Assembly (NCBI GenBank): GCA_008632985.1
Contig: QPGO01000123.1
Coordinates: 124,001-188,000 of the forward strand
Length of the DNA stretch: 64,000 nt
Direction of reading: 5' to 3'
Origin: Psammoneis japonica
Lineage: Eukaryota
The notes beneath the pieces were generated by a model that did no database searches, was not told the origin of the DNA, and was given only the letters and a program-made list of their open reading frames with translations. This document shows, in pieces, positions 34,013 through 45,721 of this stretch (the first letter of the stretch is position 1; every line of letters begins with the position of its first letter). The position numbers and the translations under genes were made by a program.

Positions 34013-37000
34013 TTGCCATCCCTGAAGCAAAAGACGATGGCGAGTGAATGTCGACAGGTCCGGCATTTTTGTCAGGAAGTCAGCCTGTTGGAGTTTGGTT
34101 CCAATGGCTTCTTCAATGAGCCTGGCAGAGAGGGCTGGAAGCTCCCTGGTGGTCACCACTTTCTTTGGTGTTCCATCCTCATTGACAAGTCCCAGATCAA
34201 CAAGAATGCTGTTGATGAGGTGAGGTTGGGCCAAGTGACATCGATCCTTCTCCCTCTGAATCTTGACTCCAAGGCATTCGTCAATGGTTCCTTCGTCCTC
34301 CACATCGAATGTGGTTTGCATCAACTTGATGACCTTGTCAATTTTTGCCGCAGACTCTTTGTCAAAGACAAGACAATCATCTGTGTAGACCAGGAGGACT
34401 GTGGTTCCTCTGTGGAAGACGCATTCATCGAACTCCGATGGAACAAAACCGAGTTGCAACAAACCGGCATGGAGATGTTTGCACCAGGTTCGTCCACTGT
34501 CATGTCTGCCGCAGATGTTCTTCTCAATGCAGAGACAAAATTTGTTGCGATCAATGCCAGGAAATGTCACTCCCTCAGGTGGCTCCATGAAGGTCGGTCG
34601 TGGAATGTCCACTTGTGGATGCGCAAGGACGAAATCAACTTGTCTTGAATGCCATCCATGCATGACACACAGATGCAGAAACAGACGGATCGTTGTCCAG
34701 GACAAAGCTGGTGCATGAGTCTGGTCACAGTGCTTTCCGGGAATCTGCTTGTGCCCTCCAAGATCAAGTCGACTCTTCCACTTGTAGACTTCTCGTGTGT
34801 GAATTCGGCGCTTGCGCTTCATTGACCACACTGCTGGCAGGATCGTCTCACGTCGGGTGCATCGGATTTCTCGCATGGTTCCCAGTGATCACGAGCAGTG
34901 TGGTCTTGAATTTCCTTCACCATGGCCTCTTTGAACTGCTCTGCATCTGGCTGCTTCATCGCTTTGTGCATGCACATGGTGTCAGGATCAGCAGAGGCCT
35001 TCAAGGAGCAAGCAACAGGATCGTCAAGATCTGCTTGAAAATCTTGCTCTGAGTGCATGTCTTGGTCCAGTGCTTCGAAGTCGGCTCAACATGAGACAAC
35101 ATTGGCCTGCCGTTGCAGTTCCGACTCGATCATGCATTGTGTTGGCTGAACAGTGCATCCAGACCGTGTTGTTTGCACTGCTGGTGGAGGCTCTGGTTCG
35201 GGCACTTCGGATTCCGGCAGTGATTCTGGGGTCTCAGAGGCTCCCTCATTTGTTGCATTTGGCGCATCTTCTTCGTCTTCCACCAGTTCATCCGGTGCGG
35301 TCGCCTCCACAGGTGTTTTGGGGGTTGGCACCATGGTGTGCATTTGACGTGGTTCACGTGGTCTTGATGCGTGCCGCTGTTCCGGTCTTCTTGGTGATTC
35401 ATGGTTGAAGTTTTGAGTCTTGGAGAAAGTGGCAGATCTGCTGCCAGCGGGACTCAGTCGCACGTTGGGATTTGAGCGTTTCGATGATCATCAAATCTCA
35501 CGTGATGTTGTGGTGAGACCATCCCCGTGGCGAGATTTAGAACCAGAGCAACTGAACGAGAGTGTCTTGGTGATGGTCCAAGGTGTGGACCAACTCGAGA
35601 GCGAGGGTCCCACTTGGGCACAGCGTTGTTGGCTTGCAATTTGCTGTTTAAAATGTAGACTGGGCAGGCGAATGGATGAAAGTGCCAAATTTTGGGTTTC
35701 ACTGGTGCTTTTGAGAAAAGTTCAATCGGCAACACTTGCTGACCAGTTCTTGGCACACAGTTGCGCACAGCATTCGCGTGTCGAATGGCGCAGGGCCACA
35801 GAGCCACCTCTGCTGCTGCTGGCCATCGATGTTTAGCATGCATGAGTTGTGTGCAGGCTGAATCTTGGAGGTCGGGGATTCTTTTCTCGCAAATGCCGTT
35901 TTGAAAGTGTGCATTGACTCCACAGAAGGACATTGTTTGGTTTGCATCCTTCACTGCCTCAAGGCATGCATTGTCCGCGAAACGGCCATTGTCGGCATGA
36001 CAGTGACGAATGTGAACTCCGAGGGATCGGGAGCATGCTTCAAACGCGAGTTTCGCTGCCACTGTCTCAGCTCCAGTCAATGTTGTTTGTAAATAGACAA
36101 AAGAGAAGTCACTGCAGTGGTCAACGAATGCAGGGCGTGTCTGCAGCGTTTTGTTGTTGCCCAGCCTTTCAATTGGACCATTGGACCTGGTGTTGTCGCG
36201 TCGAGTTGGTCCACCGACACGCACTGACCAGGCTCAGCAGCTTTGAATGTTTTGTTTTGTTTGTTGTCCCCTTTGACTTTCCAAGGTACTTTTGTCGCTT
36301 TTCCGAATCGACAGGCAGCACATTGAGGGACATGGCATGTTGATGGACGACGAGGCAGGTCTCCACTGCAAGCCACAGCTTGCATGCGCGAAAATGGGAG
36401 ATGACCGAGTCGACAGTGCCAAAGCAGCAGTTCGTGGGATGGATTCGCAGGCGTGATGATCTCTTCATTTTCGATGAATCGTTCACCCTCTGAACCGTCC
36501 TCTGACAGGTTGAATTCGACTGCATAGGGTCAGACGGAGGTGTTGATTGATCCGCATGGATGGCTTCCTCGTTCGGGCTAGTTGCATCATCGGGCACTTC
36601 GTCAACCGGAACATGAGTCGGAACAGCAGGTTGCTTGGCATGATCCGAGACCCCGTCGGGCGGAGGAGCATGATTGTGAGCAACAGCAGCGTCGGGTGTG
36701 TCGTCGTCAGGCGGAATGAGGTGTGCTTGGAATGCACAAAAAATTTTGTCACGACGACAGTCGCATGTTTCACATGGCGCCTGAAGGGACGTAAAAGAAG
36801 GGGCGGAGCGAAAGACACCGACATTGCTTTTGTTGAGGGGGACCGACTGCGTGCATTTTTGGTCCATCCACTCTAAAATGATGCGGTTGCTTGTGGTTGT
36901 AGCACGAGTCCCTTCTTGGGTGCGCTCTTGTGGCTTGAGAGCTTGAGCCAGGTGTTGCGGAGACAGGAGCCGAATCGGGAGGTCGGGCACACAGCAGATG

Positions 37001-38919
37001 CCGGGTGCATTCAAGTCATGTGTTCATCCGAGGTCGTCTTGGATGGGCCAACACACAGTGCCTTTGCATGAGGTTGACACATTGCCGGATGCACCCTTGA
37101 CGTTGACATTGACCTTTGTTGGTGTCTGGATGAAGTCTGACATCAAGTTGGTTAGACAGCAGGAGGCGTGGTCATCGATGCCAACAAGGAATGAGTTGGC
37201 ATTGCAGCCATGGTCGTTGCAGGTTGAGCGCCGTTCCGCATCGGTGGTGGAGGAGCATCCGACAACCAGTTCATGGGTCACGTGGACCTCGATGACCTTG
37301 TGCATGACCGCGCACCATGTTTGCATCAGACACATCGTCGGCGGCAAGCAGAGCCTTGCTTGCACCGACTCTGGGGTCTTCGGACTCTGGGCTTGGGTTT
37401 GAGGTTGAGGTGGAAGGGCTTGGCTGAGTCAGACAAGGAGTGCAATGGATCACATGCACTGCTGATCACATTGGCTGCGATGGGAACTGCTTTCATCAGA
37501 ATGGTGTCCACAATGATTTCATCAGTGCAAGCCAAGATCGCGAATGGTGCAACAAGTGGTGTGGTGCAGATCATCTCCAAACCTGACCGCCACTTTCATT
37601 TGCCTTGGGCCTGTCCAGTCATGTCGTTGACACCGACATTCGCCATGGAAGCGGTGAGAGCATCGGACGTCGGCTGGTTTGGGTTGCCGGTGTTCCGGTT
37701 GTCCGCTTTCTGCTTGGCACGACAGCCCTTGCTCAAGTGCTGTCCCCAGCACTTGTGGAAGTCGCAATGCTTCCATTCTTCTCCTTCAAAGGTCTTCACT
37801 TTGGGTTCTCCGGGCTGAGGTTCGACGCTGCGCCAAGTCCATTTTCCTTCAAATTTTGGTTTTTCACCTTTCTTGCATTTGGTGGCGTTTGAGGACTTCT
37901 TGGCCTGGCTGGCGTTGGAAGGTTTCTGGCCCAATGACCGCTGGGGTGATCTGCGCAAGCGTTGGTTCCAGAGGTCGTTCACTTTGGCACGAAGAGTGAC
38001 AATTTGTGCTTGTTCCTCGGTTGGTTCGTTCCACTTTTCATTGAGGACGAGGGCTTGACATTTCTTCTCAGCGCGAATCATGAGTTGCTCATGGGCAATG
38101 TTGACTCCATCATCATAGTCGTCGTTGATTTTCTCCATGCACTTTGTGAAGTTCTTGTCTGCGCATGCTGCATGTCCCTTGAACAGGTTCGTGATGAGAT
38201 CGTTGGATGTCTCTCCTCAGCTTGACAGGGATTTAATCCTGTCCCTCACGTGCTCGTTGAATGCCTTGACATCGTGGTTGGCTGTGTTGACCATGTGCTT
38301 GTCCAAGGATGCGAGCTCGGAACGGACATGGGAGGCTGCAGCGCGAGTGTCAATCTCGGCCTTCGAGAGCAGAATTTTGAGGTGCAATGCCCCGCAATCT
38401 GTGTCTCCGACGCGATGCTGCTTGGATTCGTTGGCCATGACTTGCTTGGCAGCTTCATCCACCAGAGTTGTGAAGGCACAGGTGCAGCTGATGGTTGTTC
38501 TGGGTTTCACGATTCTGCCCGTTTATGTGGGCAGCGGACACCGTGTGGATCTGTTCCGGTGTGATGTTTCCGCAGGATGTGAGCATGTTCCGGTTTTCAG
38601 CAGTGGTGCCAGCTGCTCCCTCATTGATGTTGATCGTTAGGATGTCGTTCCAACCAAAAGCTTTGGACCTTGTACGAAGTTCATTGAGCAATGCGCGGAT
38701 GTCAGGCTTCTGGGTGTTGAACGTGGTCGGCAGAGGTTCAGCAGATGTCTTGAATGCGTCGGCATCGCCTCGGCGACTGTGGTCAAGCAGTGCATCATGG
38801 GCTAAGGCTGGTGAGCGAGCAAAGTTGCCTGCTGGAGGGTTGTTCTGGGCATCGATAAGAGGTTGGATGGCGGCCGGAATGGCTGCAGCAATCGCGGCTG
38901 CGATCTGTTCGGCGTTCAT
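34013..38919 (-). pseudogene. Copia gag-pol remnant with frameshifts, Tyr->His/Cys changes and an RT/RNase H deletion
   Basis: PR GIDDHASCC; IN VSVDQL, HCHADNGRF, QNGICEKRI; RT VDFVLAHPQ, KNICG, LVYTDD, ECLGV; ends QQADFLTK..LQGW. Confidence 0.9.
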
Positions 38920-38992
38920 GATGTCGTCGTTTCGGCGTCCACGACGTTGGGCTCTGGTTTCTGCAACAATTTTGAACTAAGTCAGGTCTCTA

Positions 38993-39008
38993 TAGCGCAG
39001 AGGAAGCA
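38993..39008 (-). other. Putative primer-binding site complementary to the D-arm of initiator tRNA-Met
   Basis: Plus strand reads TAGCGCAGAGGAAGCA directly beside the 5' LTR, resembling the conserved eukaryotic tRNA-iMet TRGCGCAGCGGAAGCG. Confidence 0.6.
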
Positions 39009-39413
39009 TGTGGGTATACGGTGGTTTATGCCGTAGAGATAGAAATGGCAACAACAGACAACTTCTTGGGAGGTGCGAACTGACCAGTCGCCAAATTGTG
39101 AGAACAAAAACTGCTCTGCTCGACAACCAACAAGAATTTGTAAAGATCGAGAAGTGACCCATGTTTGTACCAAACTCAATACAGATGAACGCAGTGAAAA
39201 GACTTAGCAGGAACGAGAAGTTCTTGATTGCATAAAAGAAAAGAAGAAGCGGGGCTCAATTCTTGATTTGAACCCAAGACCTCCGATCTCATTCGTTTCT
39301 CGAGCTGTGATTGGGTGAGTCGTTGATGGTGGTTGATGGCGGTTTCTGAGCGGTCATTGTCACACGTAGGACTTGATGGTATACTGATACATGAATATAT
39401 GTATATTCTCACA
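39009..39413 (-). repeat. 5' LTR (405 bp, TpA largely retained)
   Basis: Aligns with 33584-33985. Confidence 0.95.
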
Positions 39414-39418
39414 GCTTT

Positions 39419-40300
39419 CTTGTCGCACAGACCAAACAACCGTTCGTGCCGCCGGGAACGTGACGGTACGCATGAAATTCTCAAATCTCTTTCGTTGTCA
39501 TGCGTTTGTTTTGCAAAGCGTTTCGAAACTAGAAATTTGTACCACTTTTCGAAAATTTCCAAATGATTGTGTTGTTGCCGCTGTTCTCACTTTTCCGCAT
39601 TCTGAACCTTGTGCTCCAGAGTTTTGAACGAAGCAAGTCGGCAGCGAAATCACAGGTAGAACACGTCACTTCTTTGCCGTGTACTTGAACGCAGAATATC
39701 TCCTCTTTTTCTTTTGGACTTCTCTTTCACTCACTATACTATTTCCTCTTGTTTTCCGATTTAGCTGACGCTCGTGCCGTCGTCGAGCTCACACTTCATC
39801 CCATCCTTGACGCCGACGGTCGCAACATTGTTCTACAATTCCTCCCTAAGTTTTTTGACATGAAATGCCCGACCGTATTTTGTTAAGATTTATGAGATTG
39901 TGACAAACGGAGGGACCGTACCTGAAGACCTCGGACGATTCTCCATTGAGCGAAGGGAGGAATTGATCCAAGCATTTCGTGAGATTGCTAGCGAAGCCAA
40001 GGAGACGGAGTCGTAGGGCCCTCACTAGGGATGTGTTCGTAGCTGGCATGACAAAAGTGCCCGCTGCGAGTTTCGCTGTTGTCTCGAGACTTGTTGTTCA
40101 TGAACATGCCAAACTGATCCATATAGGTATATTTTTGCCATGTTTGGCAATGCTAGAGGTAATTGGAGTAGTGCTGCAACTCATTTGTTCGGAGGCCAAC
40201 AAAATTTGGTATTAATCATTGGGTGCAATTCATCTGGCCCCGGAGAAAACAAGGCCTGCTTAAACTAAACTCCAGGATGCTTGGAGGCGCAGGATCAAAA
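39419..40300. repeat. Segmental duplication copy 2, right part (decayed paralog of ~26530-27365)
   Basis: Colinear similarity resuming immediately after the TSD. Confidence 0.85.
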
Positions 40301-41001
40301 CGCCCCTCGTTTTCTCCACTGGACGACATAGTGGGACTGATCGAATCCGTATTTGCGTTACGCGTGATGATCTTTTTTCAACAATAATATCTGGAACTCC
40401 ACAGGAACTTTTCAGCATTGATGCTTCGGTCCAACTCGAGTTGTAAAGCAGTCTTCAATGCAATCTGATGTAGACGACGAATCTGGGAGAGTGTGGTTCA
40501 GATCACGGAATATACAAAACTCGTATAGGTTGTCAGATCGAATCGGCGAGACAATGAAAGGAGGCACAAGGAAAATGCTCTGACTTCAAAAACGACTATT
40601 GCAAGGAGCTCATTTGCAATCAATCAAGCGAAAAGAAGTCACGGTAGAGATGGGAACGGGAGAGTACGACGACCAAGCAAGTAGAATGTACAGGTGAAAG
40701 CGACACAAACAGCACCGTTTAACCGTCTCGCCGTATCTCCAGGAACACCTTCGAGCCATCATGGCGGTCAGAGACGTCGTCAAGCAATAGTGGATATTAC
40801 CGAATGGTAAAAGAGAACTTCAATGCTAAACGACTAAAGAAATTGGGATCCAGGAATCAACTGATTTCTATAGAAGGGATTTAGACAGGTCTAAAGTCAA
40901 GAAGGGGATCCATTCGTACCATAGACGATGATCCAATCTCGCGATTCCAAGGTATACATGACATGTAAGCGACCAAAGAGAGCATTTGATCTGCATCATC
41001 T

Positions 41002-41515
41002 CTAGTTCTGGGTGGCACTAAAGTCAACAACTACGTCCGTGACGTCTTCGAAGTACGAGTAAGGTCCCTCGCGAAGAACAGCGGCCATGGTCTTCTCGAA
41101 ACGGCGGTGGAGCTCGGCGGTGTTACCGGGAATCACGGTCTCGAGCTCACGTTCCTCTCCTTCGAGCTTGCGGCCTCCATAGCATAGGAAGCAGTTGCCT
41201 CCATAGACTCCACCGCCCCAGTTCCTTCCCGGGAGCTCCCGGTGAACCGAGTCACTACCGCGGAGAGCACGGTTCGTAGGCTCCTGCTGAGTCTCGACGA
41301 TGAAGGAGGTGGCTTCAGTCTGCTCCCCAGTCGCATGGGAATGGACGAGGTTGTAGGTATCAACAAACATGTTCTGGAAGTACGTGGTCTCTTCAGGGGT
41401 CATCTCGCCGGACGCTAATGTCGAAGGTAGCGCACTCGTGGATGCTCTGAGTAGCATCGATGGACTTGGAGGAGACGGCAAGAGCCACGAGGAGGGAGAC
41501 AAGGGAGAGCTTCAT
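41002..41515 (-). CDS. Secreted RxL-motif protein, paralog of 42520-43053; frameshift near 41415
   Basis: Signal peptide MKLSLVSLLVALAV; colinear with the paralog except a ~5-nt deletion (pseudogene or assembly error). Confidence 0.75.
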
Positions 41516-42519
41516 GGTTTCGGCTGGTGAGTGTTTTCTGCTGTGAAAATGATCAAGAGAGAAAATTGTGAGCTGTTTTGAAGGCGAAAAGTGAAGCGAC
41601 GAGAATTGAGTGGTCGCGTAAACGAGTACCAAGACTTGTGTGGACTACGACTAGCACTCATACATTTCAACGCGAAACTCTGACAATCGATCTGCCGGAC
41701 ATTTGGTTTCGTTCAATTCTACAGGGACTTGGCAGACAAAGAAAGTCACTGAGAAATGATGGACCAAAACTCGGAGTCGATGGGCTGTTCTCTAAGTGTT
41801 GTATGTTGGTCGCATTTTGGTTCCCTAAAACAAAACGCGACAAGCGTTTATTCGCGATCACTATGGCTGACTTACTCAAGACATCTCTAAGTAAATTTTC
41901 CGCTAGAGGTACGTATTGCCTTCACTTAGATGAGATTATGATGGCAGATTTGAATTTGAATTCTTTGAATGAAGATTGTGAAAGCTAATTTGCTCGCATT
42001 CACGCCTATGTAAAAATTTAATTAGGCGGATCGTGAGTGTCCCAATGTCCTCTGCACACGCGAGCAACGGTATTTTAACTACTGGTGCCAAACCTGCAAC
42101 GTGACTGGTCGCGTTCTTTAAGCGAGAAATTTAATACCAAGGTCGAGGAATGTTACTTAGACGAAGTCGTGGAAAAAAATGGCGGGAAATTGAGGCTAGA
42201 ACGGACTCCACCATATTATTTTTGTCGGCGTGGCATCGATACGGCTTTGCCGAGTACCCTGGACCATTTTGGTCCTCTTTCAGCGGATGACTGTGTTCGA
42301 GAACCGGACTCTGTACAATTCCACAAGAAGGAATGCCAGTCTTCGCGACAATATGGAAGGGTACGACAAACTCCTGTACCTTACGTCACCTCTGGTAGGT
42401 GTTTTCGTTCATCAAAAGTTGCGTTGGACCGAATGAGCAGTCACTTTTTCGCCTCTCGAACTTCTCACAATTTTTCTCTTCTGTCTTCTGACAACAAGAA
42501 ATCACTCTCATTCGCAACC

Positions 42520-43053
42520 ATGAAGTTCTCCCTTACCTCCCTCCTCCCCATTGCGGCTCTCGCCTTCGCCAAGACTGCCGCTGCTACTCAGAGCATCCAT
42601 GAGTACACGACCTTTGACATCATCGGAGCGTCCGGTATCATGGCCTCCGAGGAGGTTTCCTACTTCGAAGCCATGCTTGTGGACACGTACAACCTCGTCC
42701 ACTCGCACGAAGAGGGTACTCAGACGGAAGCGACCTCCTTCACCGTCGAGACTCAGCAGGAGCCTACCAACCGTGCTCTCCGTGGTGAAACGACCGACGA
42801 ATCGGCTCACCGTATGCTTCCCGGAAGGAACTGGGGCGGCGGAGTCTATGGAGGCAACTGCTTCCTCTGCTATGGAGGCCGCAAGCTCGCTGATGGAGAG
42901 CAACGCGAGCTTGAAGATGCCATCCCAGGCGACAGTACCGAGCTTCACCGCCGATTCGAGTTGACTTTGGCCGCTGTTCTTCGTGAGGGACCCTTCAGCT
43001 ACTTCCACGATGTCTCGGACGTTGTCGTCGACTTTGGTGCCACCCAGAACTAG
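42520..43053 (+). CDS. Secreted protein with multiple RxL processing-like motifs flanking a conserved Gly/Cys peptide
   Basis: Signal peptide; RAL, RML, RKL and REL motifs; strongly biased codon usage; inverted paralog ~1 kb upstream. Confidence 0.85.
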   Translation: MKFSLTSLLPIAALAFAKTAAATQSIHEYTTFDIIGASGIMASEEVSYFEAMLVDTYNLVHSHEEGTQTEATSFTVETQQEPTNRALRGETTDESAHRMLPGRNWGGGVYGGNCFLCYGGRKLADGEQRELEDAIPGDSTELHRRFELTLAAVLREGPFSYFHDVSDVVVDFGATQN

Positions 43054-43759
43054 GTTCTCTTTGGTGAAACCGTTTCATTCCTCAAGCTACTTATTCATCT
43101 GGATGTGGTTCTGTTTTCGGTTTCTTGGGACTCCCGGGTCGCGAGAGACCATGTTTCTGTGTTGGGACTAGTGGTGTTTGCAATCATGATGCTTTGCTTT
43201 CGTCAGCCATTGAAGCAGCTTTAGAGTAAACCTGAGAGGGATAACTACTAGATTTGTTATCCTTACGGTCATATCTGATCCCCAGCCTATATATCAATTG
43301 CTGTTGCGTTCTTTGTTAACCTATAAGCGCCGCTTCTGTTGCGTTCTTCGAGCTCATCGTGAAACCCCACACCTCCCTCCGACACGGAAGGAGAGGGTAC
43401 CGGTACCGTAGAGCAGAGCATGGGCGCCGCGTCTGCGAGCTGACGCGTTGCTGGCCACACGATTGTTCATATTAATTTTTTCGCATTCTGTCATTTTTTT
43501 TAAGTAAAACTACGTCATCACAAGCGACCAAAAGCGCTGCGGCTAACGGACAGAGCGATCTTCTTCCCACTTGCTCTGCTCTATGCTGGAGCAGCTGCTC
43601 TCTCTCTCTACTCTAGCCAGAGAGAGAGAGAGAGAGAGAGAGAGCTGGCTGGCTGGCTGGCAGAGACTCTCTGCTCTCCAGCAGAGGACCATCACACTGC
43701 CAGCAGTGGAGGGAGCAAACTGCACAATTTGCTGGAAAAAAGAGACAAAGGCCACAACA

Positions 43760-44190
43760 TTGTTGTCGACTTTGGTGCCACACACAACTGGGTTCTCTTG
43801 GGTGAAACCGTTTCATTCCTCAAGCTGCTTGTTCATCTGGATGTGGTTCTGTTTTTGGTTTCTTGGGACCCTTGAGTTGTGAGGGACAATGTTTCTGTGT
43901 TGGGACTGGTGGTGTTTTTGCACCAATGGTGCACACACTGCTTGCGCCAGCCACTGAAGCAGCTGTTTGGAGCAAACCTGAGTGGGACAACTGCCATTTG
44001 TTGTTCATGCAGTCATGTCAGATCATGTCAGTTGCTGTTGCATTCTTTGTCAACCTGTTGGTGCAGATTCTGTTGCGCTCTGTTCAACCTCATCATGAAC
44101 CCCCCCCCCCCCCGATGCCACAAGCGCATGGCGGTGGCAGTCCACGAGCTGACGACTCTGCTGGTCACACGAGCAGTTCAGACCAATTTT
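43760..44190 (+). repeat. Hypermutated duplicate of the 3' end and UTR of the 42520-43053 gene (source 43022-43480)
   Basis: Colinear alignment; stop TAG->TGG and all alignable TA converted. Confidence 0.9.
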
Positions 44191-45721
44191 GTTGCACTTT
44201 GTCATGATCAACTGAGTTGGAGTGACATCAATCAACCGTGCATGATGGAGCACAATTGTGCGTCGTCTTGTGCAAATAAATTCGGGCTTGCATTGAACTC
44301 CCAAGGTGGTGCCGTGAGCTCCAAAGCATGGAAAAAAGAGTGACAACAGCACACAGCAGCAGTGCATGCTGCAGCAGGAGCAGCTGGTGCCAGCCAAAGG
44401 TGCAAAATGGCAGCCTGAGACTTTGTGAAATGAGACAAACCCACCATGTGTGCACACACAGCTGACAAACAAGTGTGTTCTGAGTGTGGTCAGTTTTGCA
44501 GGAAACCCATCAAAAGAAAATGGTGGCCTGCTTCTTGCATTTTTTGCACCATGGACAACAAGGAGCACACCAGGCATGGCTTGCAGGGATGGTGACTTGT
44601 TCTCTGTGGGCAAAGTTCATGTGTGCTTTTGACACCTTTGTTGTGGGCCAACAAAGCACTTCTTGGCTCTCCTGCCTTCTTGTTTGCACCATGGCTGACT
44701 GCCCGCCCTCACACACATGCCCCTTTTTGCACAAAAACACAAATGTTTTGTGTTTTCTTCAACATTGCTGCTTTCGTTTTGTCAGCAGAGTGATCACATT
44801 GATGGTTCACAAGCAAAACAGACTGATGAAATTCTCAGCAACCAACAGCCAAAATGGCCATGGCTTCCAACAGCCACGACAGCCTGCTTTTTTCAACCTT
44901 TTGGAAAATTGAACTGAGCAATGAGGATTGCTTGCTGTGTCACGAAATGAAAACAATGAAAATGCTTGTGTCATGGGCTGCAGTGCAGCACAAGAAGACA
45001 AATCTGGCAGCAACAACAATTGGGCCTCATTTCACTCACCATTTGCCCCTGTCACAGAGCAAATTTACACACAAGAAGATTGACCACATTTTTGTGTGCA
45101 TGTGTGCAGCATCACAAATCACTCATTGGAAAACCAAGCTCTCATTTTGTGGCACAGTCAAGTGATCAATGACTTTGTCCATCCTCAGTTTCAAATGCAT
45201 GGGCACACACATGAGACCTTTTTGCATGCACCCACAACACATTTGAGTGTTGTTGTGTTTGACCATTTGAAATTGTGCCAAAAGTTTGGATGGCATGTTT
45301 CATGCAAAAAGGGGCATTTTTTCGTGCTTGTGCACACCTGAGTCTGGAGTGAGTCTGCAACCCCTCTGCATTTCATGCTGTCCAGTTTTTCAACACTGGC
45401 AGCTCATTTCACATCAAAAAACTTGTTCAAAACCTGGTTTGAGTGGGGAAACTGCCCTCTCCATTTGGCCACATCAACTGCAGCTGCTGCAAAGTGCAGT
45501 GAGAGCTTTCCAAAAAATTTTGCTGGAGAGAGAGAGAGAGAGTTTGAAACAAAGCAGTGGAATTTTTGACAAATGCCATGAGGTGGAGTGTCAATGGGAA
45601 TCATTCGAAAATGTCGCAAGAGTCACAATTGGCATTTCACATGAGGAAAAATGCCAAATCGTGCGGAAATGTACACAATGTCATGCAAGAGGGTGATTGG
45701 GGCCACTGACTTTTCGGGAAC

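Larger units (their letters stand above)
33584..39413 (-). mobile_element. Ty1/Copia LTR retrotransposon (CoDi-like), defective, 5-bp TSD GCTTT
   Basis: TG..CA LTRs, GCTTT at 33579-33583 and 39414-39418, gag-PR-IN-RT-RH order, PPT and PBS. Confidence 0.95.

Noticed and set aside
38993..39014. A tRNA gene
   Set aside because: Only ~16-20 nt resemble tRNA-iMet and no cloverleaf forms; interpreted as a PBS.
33584..39413. Classical RIP (CA->TA) acting on the TA-rich copy
   Set aside because: Direction is fixed by conserved Tyr positions and by the intact host gene at 43022-43480: TA is ancestral.
42085..42519. N-terminal extension of the 322-aa ORF
   Set aside because: The paralog and signal peptide place the start at 42520; the upstream sequence is promoter-like.
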